Assembly (NCBI GenBank): GCA_026004395.1
Contig: BPJB01000001.1
Span: forward strand, 327,343 to 391,342
Length of the DNA stretch: 64,000 bases
Direction: 5' to 3'
Origin: Patescibacteria group bacterium
GTDB lineage: Bacteria > Patescibacteriota > Microgenomatia > Levybacterales > UBA12049
Part shown: positions 58,072 to 64,000 of the stretch, piece after piece
How positions within the stretch are numbered: position 1 is the stretch's first letter
Layout of the letters: each line of letters begins with the position of its first letter
The notes under the pieces: generated by a model
Databases searched by the model: none
Told to the model about the DNA's origin: nothing
The model's input: the letters and a program-made list of their open reading frames with translations, nothing else
Translations under genes and position numbers: made by a program

Positions 58072-59745
58072 ATGAAAAAAAACATTATTTTTTTGGCAAT
58101 TATTTTCATCGCCATTATTTTTCGTTTCTCTGCATTAGGCAAAATACCAATATCACTTTATTGGGATGAAGCTGCAGTTGGTTATAATGCCTACAGTATT
58201 TTATTAACAGGCAAAGATGAATATGGTAATTTTTTCCCTCTTCTTTTTCGTTCATTTGAAGATTACAAGATGCCTGCATATGTTTATTTGACAACAATTC
58301 CTATTGGATTTTTTGGTCTTAATGAGTTTTCTGTACGATTTGTATCGGCATTTGCGGGAGTGACTGCGGTTTTATTAACTTACTTTTTAACACGATTACT
58401 CTTTATTCAATTTTCCAGTTCTCAAAAGAATATTTTAAAAGAGAAGAGTAATGCAATTGCGCTTCTTGGATCATTCTTGCTTGCAATTTCACCTTGGCAT
58501 CTTCAGTTTTCACGAACTGGATTTGAGGCAAATGTAGCGTTAACTACATTTCTTGCAGGATTTTATTTTTTCTTTAGATCTTTTTTAAATCAGAAATATT
58601 TTCCTTTTGCTTTTTTCTTTTTTACTCTTAGTTTCTATCTTTATAGAAGTATTTTTATTTTTTTACCGGTCGTTTTAATCGGCTTATTAATTATTTTTCG
58701 TAGAGAGCTTTTTTCTTTAGAGCGCAGAGGAAAAACAATTATGACTTTGATAGTGTTTATTATTTGTATAACGCCAATAACTTATGCAGTATTTTTTGGT
58801 CCGGGAAGAGTAAGAGCCGATCAGGTCAGTGTCTTCCGACATTCTCAGGAAGCATTATCAGAAAATTTACAAAAACAACAAGAAGGTAATACTTATATTT
58901 CACGAGTGCTGTATAATCGTCGTATAACTTACGCTAGGATTACAATCCAAAATTATTTATCTCATTTTTCTCCAGCGTTTTTATTTCTTAGCGGTGATGG
59001 TAATGGAAGGCATACTGTTAAAAATATGGGAGTGCTTTATAGGTGGGAGATACCATTTCTCCTTTTGGGATTTTTTCTGATATTAAGAGAAAAGAGCAAA
59101 TTAAGACTAATTATTATACTTTGGATATTTGCAGCACCTCTAGCAGCGAGTCTAGCCACACCTTCTCCTCATGCATTGCGTTCATTAAATATGCTTCCTG
59201 TACCACAGATATTAACTGCAACTGGAATTACTTTTGTTTTCTTTAAGCTGCAAAGAAGATACAGGATAGCCTTTTTTTTGCTGATGATTTTAGTAGTGTC
59301 TCTGTTTTTTAATCAATATTGGAAGGAATATAATTATCATAATACTGTCACAGCTAGTGCTGACTGGGCTGATGGCTACAAACAGTTGGTATCTGAAGTA
59401 CAAAAAAGAGAAAAAGATTATGACAAGATAGTTATTTCTGGATATTATTGGCAGCCTTATATTTATTTTCTTTTTTACACAAGATATGATCCTTACTTAT
59501 TTCAACATTCGGGTAAAAAAGAAAGATTTGGCAAGTATGTATTTGGTGGAACTGAATGGGATAAGGACAGGGGAAGAAGCGAATTACATAATGTTGATCT
59601 TGTAAGGTTTGCAGGTTCTAGGAATATTCTTGTGGCTTTATCTCCATCAGAATATCAAGCACATTCTAATGAACTGCAAAAAATCACAGAAATTAAGAAT
59701 GCAAAAAATGATACTATTTTTATTCTTGGATCGCTGAGGAAATAA
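58072..59745 (+). CDS. GT-C glycosyltransferase (PMT_2/ArnT-like)
   Basis: YWDEAAVGYNAYS.L.TGKDEYG, DYKMP, SPWHLQFSR and PHALRS motifs. Confidence 0.85.
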   Translation: MKKNIIFLAIIFIAIIFRFSALGKIPISLYWDEAAVGYNAYSILLTGKDEYGNFFPLLFRSFEDYKMPAYVYLTTIPIGFFGLNEFSVRFVSAFAGVTAVLLTYFLTRLLFIQFSSSQKNILKEKSNAIALLGSFLLAISPWHLQFSRTGFEANVALTTFLAGFYFFFRSFLNQKYFPFAFFFFTLSFYLYRSIFIFLPVVLIGLLIIFRRELFSLERRGKTIMTLIVFIICITPITYAVFFGPGRVRADQVSVFRHSQEALSENLQKQQEGNTYISRVLYNRRITYARITIQNYLSHFSPAFLFLSGDGNGRHTVKNMGVLYRWEIPFLLLGFFLILREKSKLRLIIILWIFAAPLAASLATPSPHALRSLNMLPVPQILTATGITFVFFKLQRRYRIAFFLLMILVVSLFFNQYWKEYNYHNTVTASADWADGYKQLVSEVQKREKDYDKIVISGYYWQPYIYFLFYTRYDPYLFQHSGKKERFGKYVFGGTEWDKDRGRSELHNVDLVRFAGSRNILVALSPSEYQAHSNELQKITEIKNAKNDTIFILGSLRK

Positions 59746-59749
59746 TTTA

Positions 59750-61423
59750 TTGGATAATATAATTAATTATACTAAAAAGAGAATGTTGCAAGATACAAAA
59801 CTAAATATAGTTTTACTAATTTGTATTACTCTTCTAGCAGGAGTGCTTAGATTTTGGCAGATAACTCAAGTACCTCCAAGTCTTTACTGGGATGAAGTCT
59901 CTCAAGCTTATAATGCATATTCTATACTTGCTACAGGCAAGGATGAGCATCAAGAGTTTTTGCCTCTTGCGCGTTTTCAAGCATTTGGTGACTACAAAGC
60001 TCCTGTCAATATTTATCTAACAGTAATTAGCATGTTGATATTCGGCAGAAATGATTTTGCTATTAGGTTTCCATCCGCTTTCTTAGGAACATTGACAGTT
60101 GTGTTGACCTATTTTTTGGTGCGTGAACTTTTTGCAAAATCGTCCTTATCAAAAACCATAGCATTATTTTCAGCCTTCTTGCTCTCAATATCACCATGGC
60201 ATATCCAGTTATCAAGAGCTGCGTATGAAGGGAATATTGCCACTTTTTTTACTGTTAGTTCTTTATTTCTTTTTTTCTACGCTCTCAATAAAAGACCGTG
60301 GTTTATTTTGATAAGTGCAATTAGTTTTGTCATTGCTTTTTATGCCTTTAACGCTCATAGAGTTTTTATTCCACTTTTTGTTTTATTCCTTAGTTTAATT
60401 TTCTTTAGAAAGTTGTGGGGCATAAAAAAACAAGTAATTTTTTCTATATTAATTGGTTTAGTAATGTTGATACCATATATTATTTTCTTTCAGACTCCTG
60501 AAAGCAAACTGCGATTTCAGGAAGTAAATATTTTCTCAGATCTGGAAACAATTAAAAAAGCAAATCAATTAATTGCAGATGATGGATCTACTTTAATTGC
60601 TAAATTAATTCATAACAGGAGAGTTCTTTTCGCAAGGGAATATTTGATTAATTATTTTGATTTTTTTAATCCCAACTATCTTTTTTTTGAAGGGGATATA
60701 AATCCGAGATTTTCGCATCGCTTTAATGGACAACTTTTTCTTTGGATCCTGCCATTTATTTTGGTAGGAATTTATGGTTTGTATAGTATAAAGAATAAAA
60801 CAACTTTAGTGTTATTAGGGTGGATTCTTTTGGCTCCAATTCCTGCAGCTGTGGCGAGGGAAACCCCGCACGCTCTCAGAAGTGAGACATTTATTCCCGT
60901 ATTTGAGATTATCGCGGCTGTGGGTATATCTTTTTGGCTTATTTATTTAAATCATAAAGCAAAGCGTTTCGTGCCAATAATTTTAGTGTTGTTAGGGATG
61001 ATTAGTATCTTTTCTGTTGTGGCTTTTTGGCATAATTATACTGTGCATAACCCTAAAATATTTTCAGCAGACTGGCAGTATGGATACAAAGATGCAGTAG
61101 AGTATATAGATTCTATCGATGATAAATACGATGCAATTTATTTCACAACAGAATATGGCCGTCCCTATATTTATGTTGCCTGGTATGGGAGGATTGCTCC
61201 TGAGGAGTATTGGTCAAAAGCAAATGTAGTTAAAGACTCATTTGGTTTTTATAACGTTTTGAGTCTTGGAAAATATCAGTTTGTTGAAAATCCTCCAGCA
61301 TTTGCAAAAAATAAAGTTTTATATGTTTTTTCAGAAAACAAAATTCCCAAAAACAGTAGAATACTTAAAAAAATATATTTTCTTAATGGAAATATAGCAT
61401 TCGTTATCGCTGAAAACACCTGA
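59750..61423 (+). CDS. GT-C glycosyltransferase (PMT_2/ArnT-like); start may be ATG 59783
   Basis: YWDEVSQAYNAYS.L.TGKDEH, DYKAP, SPWHIQLSR, PHALRS and WQYGYK motifs. Confidence 0.85.
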   Translation: MDNIINYTKKRMLQDTKLNIVLLICITLLAGVLRFWQITQVPPSLYWDEVSQAYNAYSILATGKDEHQEFLPLARFQAFGDYKAPVNIYLTVISMLIFGRNDFAIRFPSAFLGTLTVVLTYFLVRELFAKSSLSKTIALFSAFLLSISPWHIQLSRAAYEGNIATFFTVSSLFLFFYALNKRPWFILISAISFVIAFYAFNAHRVFIPLFVLFLSLIFFRKLWGIKKQVIFSILIGLVMLIPYIIFFQTPESKLRFQEVNIFSDLETIKKANQLIADDGSTLIAKLIHNRRVLFAREYLINYFDFFNPNYLFFEGDINPRFSHRFNGQLFLWILPFILVGIYGLYSIKNKTTLVLLGWILLAPIPAAVARETPHALRSETFIPVFEIIAAVGISFWLIYLNHKAKRFVPIILVLLGMISIFSVVAFWHNYTVHNPKIFSADWQYGYKDAVEYIDSIDDKYDAIYFTTEYGRPYIYVAWYGRIAPEEYWSKANVVKDSFGFYNVLSLGKYQFVENPPAFAKNKVLYVFSENKIPKNSRILKKIYFLNGNIAFVIAENT

Positions 61424-63027
61424 TGAAAAAATACATAATAGTTGCCGTTATTGCATTGATTGGGATAATATCTAGATTTTATGATCTAGGTGATGTTCCA
61501 CCATCTTTGAATTGGGATGAAGTATCTATAGGTTATAATGCGTACAGCGTCTTGAAAACAGGCAGAGATGAATATGGAGAATTGTTACCTCTTTCATTTA
61601 GATCATTTGGTGATTATAAACAACCATTATATGTTTATTTTGCCATTCCATCTATCTTTCTTTTTGACCTAACTCCTTTTGCGGTGAGACTTCCCTCAGC
61701 GCTTTTTGGATCTTTAAGTATAGTTTTTGTTTTTTTTCTAGTTTATGAGCTTTTTTTTACTTCAGCGAAAAAGACTACAATTGCCAGTCTTACTGCCTTA
61801 TTGTACTCAATCTCTCCGTGGTCTATACAGTTTAGCCGTTTTGCTTCTGAGGCTAATGTAGCCTTAAGCCTTACACTCGGTGGAGTATGGTTGGTACTGC
61901 GCGGTACTCGAATAAAAAGTAAATTTATGATTCTTATCTCATTGCTGTTTTTTATCCTTAGCATGTATACCTACCATAGTCACAAAATCTTTACACCGTT
62001 TATTTTGCTGTCAATACTTTGGTTGAGAAAAGATTATTTTTTAAGCAATAAACGCTTTTTGGGAATACTTATTGCTTTGTTTTTTCTTGGTAATATATTT
62101 TGGCTAGTAGATGCAAATACAACACAGCGGGGAAGGAGCGTATTATTGACCTCTGAACAAACGCAACTTCTGGAGCAACCAATAAAATATCTTATAGAAG
62201 ACAAAAAAAATGGTGATATTTTAGGTGTACTGCTTCATAACAGAAGGATAATTTACTTAAAAACATATCTTAAAAACTACCTTTCACATTTTGATCCAAA
62301 TTTTCTTTTAATGATGGGTGATAATGCAAGACATCACGCTCCTGATATGGGAGTAGTATATCTTGTATCTCTACCATTTATAATTTTTGGCTTTTTATCT
62401 TTATGGAAGAGATACAAAAAAGAGGCGGTATTTCTCTCATTGTGGTTGCTTGGTGCGCCTGCAGTATCAGCACTAGCAATCAATGCACCCAGTGCAATTA
62501 GGAGTATGATGTTTCTTCCACTATGGCAGATATTTGCTGCATTTGGGATAATTTCCTTTTTGAGTCTAATTAAACATCAAACATTTAAGTACATCGGCAT
62601 ATTTTTAATTATACTTTTTTATTTTTTGAATATTTTTTATTACTTTCATCAATATTTTGTGCATACCAATAGAGAGTATGCCAGATATTGGCAATATGGA
62701 TATAAAGAGGCAATTGAATATGCATTATCGCTTCCCAAAAACACTCCAATTATTTTTAATCAAGATATTGAGCAAGCGCAAACATTTTATCTATTTTATG
62801 CAAAAGTAGATCCATCTCAATATCTTTTGAATGGTGGATCAAAAAGGATGAGAGATAAATGTTCTAATATAGATAATATTTATTTTGGAGAATGTTTGAC
62901 AAGAATTTCTAGCGGCTTTCTGATAACAGGTAATCCTCCTTCCATTTCTGCCAAAAAAATGAAGACTATTTTGTATCCCAATGGAGAAGAGGCTCTGGCA
63001 ATTTATTTTTTTGCCAAAAAATACTAG
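61423..63027 (+). CDS. GT-C glycosyltransferase (PMT_2/ArnT-like)
   Basis: NWDEVSIGYNAYS.L.TGRDEYG, DYKQP, SPWSIQFSR and WQYGYK motifs. Confidence 0.85.
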   Translation: MKKYIIVAVIALIGIISRFYDLGDVPPSLNWDEVSIGYNAYSVLKTGRDEYGELLPLSFRSFGDYKQPLYVYFAIPSIFLFDLTPFAVRLPSALFGSLSIVFVFFLVYELFFTSAKKTTIASLTALLYSISPWSIQFSRFASEANVALSLTLGGVWLVLRGTRIKSKFMILISLLFFILSMYTYHSHKIFTPFILLSILWLRKDYFLSNKRFLGILIALFFLGNIFWLVDANTTQRGRSVLLTSEQTQLLEQPIKYLIEDKKNGDILGVLLHNRRIIYLKTYLKNYLSHFDPNFLLMMGDNARHHAPDMGVVYLVSLPFIIFGFLSLWKRYKKEAVFLSLWLLGAPAVSALAINAPSAIRSMMFLPLWQIFAAFGIISFLSLIKHQTFKYIGIFLIILFYFLNIFYYFHQYFVHTNREYARYWQYGYKEAIEYALSLPKNTPIIFNQDIEQAQTFYLFYAKVDPSQYLLNGGSKRMRDKCSNIDNIYFGECLTRISSGFLITGNPPSISAKKMKTILYPNGEEALAIYFFAKKY

Positions 63028-63082
63028 TTACATCAAATTGATTTGATCTGTACTATAATATGTATATTCAGTTTCAGTAATC

Positions 63083-64000
63083 ATGAGTCTAGCAAAATTA
63101 CCAAGAAAGATTTTTAGTTGGATTAATAAAAGAGAGAATTTATTTCTTGTTGTTTTCTTTTTTATTATTTTTTCAGTATTATTGATTAATACTTTTCATG
63201 AAGAATATCCAGATGAATTCGATAACATCTTGGGTGGTTGGTATATTACCCATGGTATTCCTATTTATACAGGTTTTTTTACACACCATGGACCTGTTGC
63301 TTACTTCATAGCAGCGTTAATAACATTATTGAGTGGAAATTCATTTGTTCTTTTTCGGGTAATATTCTCTCTTGTAATCTTTGTGTATCTATTATGGTCT
63401 TATTCTTATATCAAATCGAGATTTGGAAAAGAAAGAACATATTTTTATCTTATTTTTATAGCTCTTATTTCTCTTGCAGGTAACTATTATTGGTTTCATA
63501 TGTTACTGGCAGATACATTGTCTGCATACTTTTTTGCTCCTGTGATTACTTTACTTCTTCTAGTCACTATCTCTAAAACACCCTTAATAAAAAAAGATAT
63601 AATTATTATATCTATACTGACTGCATTTTCAGTTTTGAGTTCTCTTACATTTATTTATTTTTCAATAATAGTGTATGCATATGCATTATATTGGTATCTA
63701 CAATCTAATTCATTGAAGATTTTTTCGCGCAAAGTCGGAGTGGTTATTCTAATTTTTGCTGCTCCCTATCTATTGTTTTTAACATATCTTCTTGTGACTT
63801 TTAGTTTGCAGGAGTATATATATCAAGGTTGGATATTTAATCAGCGGTATTATGTCTATAACTACCCCCGCCCAGAAGGATCTCTCTCTATCAATCCAGT
63901 TCGCTTTGCAATTGTTATAGCTCATAATTTCTATAACAGCTATTTTACTCTTTTAGAGCAAGTAAAGACTTTTAATCTTAACTTCCCATTAAATATTACG
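63083..64000 (+). CDS. GT-C-type membrane protein, 3'-truncated by the window edge (absent from the ORF track)
   Basis: Frame open from ATG 63083 to the end; TM followed by YPDEFDNILGG..FFTHHGP; many TMs. Confidence 0.8.
   Translation, partial: MSLAKLPRKIFSWINKRENLFLVVFFFIIFSVLLINTFHEEYPDEFDNILGGWYITHGIPIYTGFFTHHGPVAYFIAALITLLSGNSFVLFRVIFSLVIFVYLLWSYSYIKSRFGKERTYFYLIFIALISLAGNYYWFHMLLADTLSAYFFAPVITLLLLVTISKTPLIKKDIIIISILTAFSVLSSLTFIYFSIIVYAYALYWYLQSNSLKIFSRKVGVVILIFAAPYLLFLTYLLVTFSLQEYIYQGWIFNQRYYVYNYPRPEGSLSINPVRFAIVIAHNFYNSYFTLLEQVKTFNLNFPLNIT

Noticed and set aside
713-63483. Many short overlapping or antisense ORFs in the ORF track (for example 926-1300, 5169-5525, 6809-7141, 55139-55474, 63238-63483)
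   Set aside because: They lie inside well-supported genes, show no recognisable motifs and are expected shadow ORFs

Overview
AT-rich bacterial chromosome segment using the standard genetic code (TGA is a stop). Gene content (DUF5652, a large GT-C expansion, standalone LigD phosphoesterase, many SD-less genes with a -10 box just before the start) suggests a Patescibacteria/CPR genome, probably Microgenomates; this is an inference. Layout: (i) 1-3.7 kb: coupled GT4-CapA-archease-rtcB-HhH operon ending in a metallo-beta-lactamase remnant. (ii) 3.7-17 kb: an HTH-PAS-histidine kinase fusion, an RRM protein, LigD 3'-phosphoesterase, mutL/mutS, thpR, a CAP protein, MgtC/DUF4010, rarA, gpmA and eno. 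(iii) 17-29 kb: a partly decaying stress/regulatory neighbourhood (KGG, GlsB/YmgE, YtxH-like, Crp/Fnr, GAF kinase, debranching-type glycosidase, standalone cyanophycin-synthetase N-domain, OmpR regulator, GH18, DacA-like). Four of its promoters share a YCTTACA-N31-TAnnnT architecture. (iv) corA and a CIRCE-bearing lon. (v) 32.5-64 kb: a very large surface-glycosylation locus (14 GT-C-type membrane proteins, 6 GT2, 1 GT4, Wzx) containing tRNA-Glu(CTC). No CRISPR array, rRNA, transposase or prophage was seen. All family calls come from motif recognition by eye; no database search was run.
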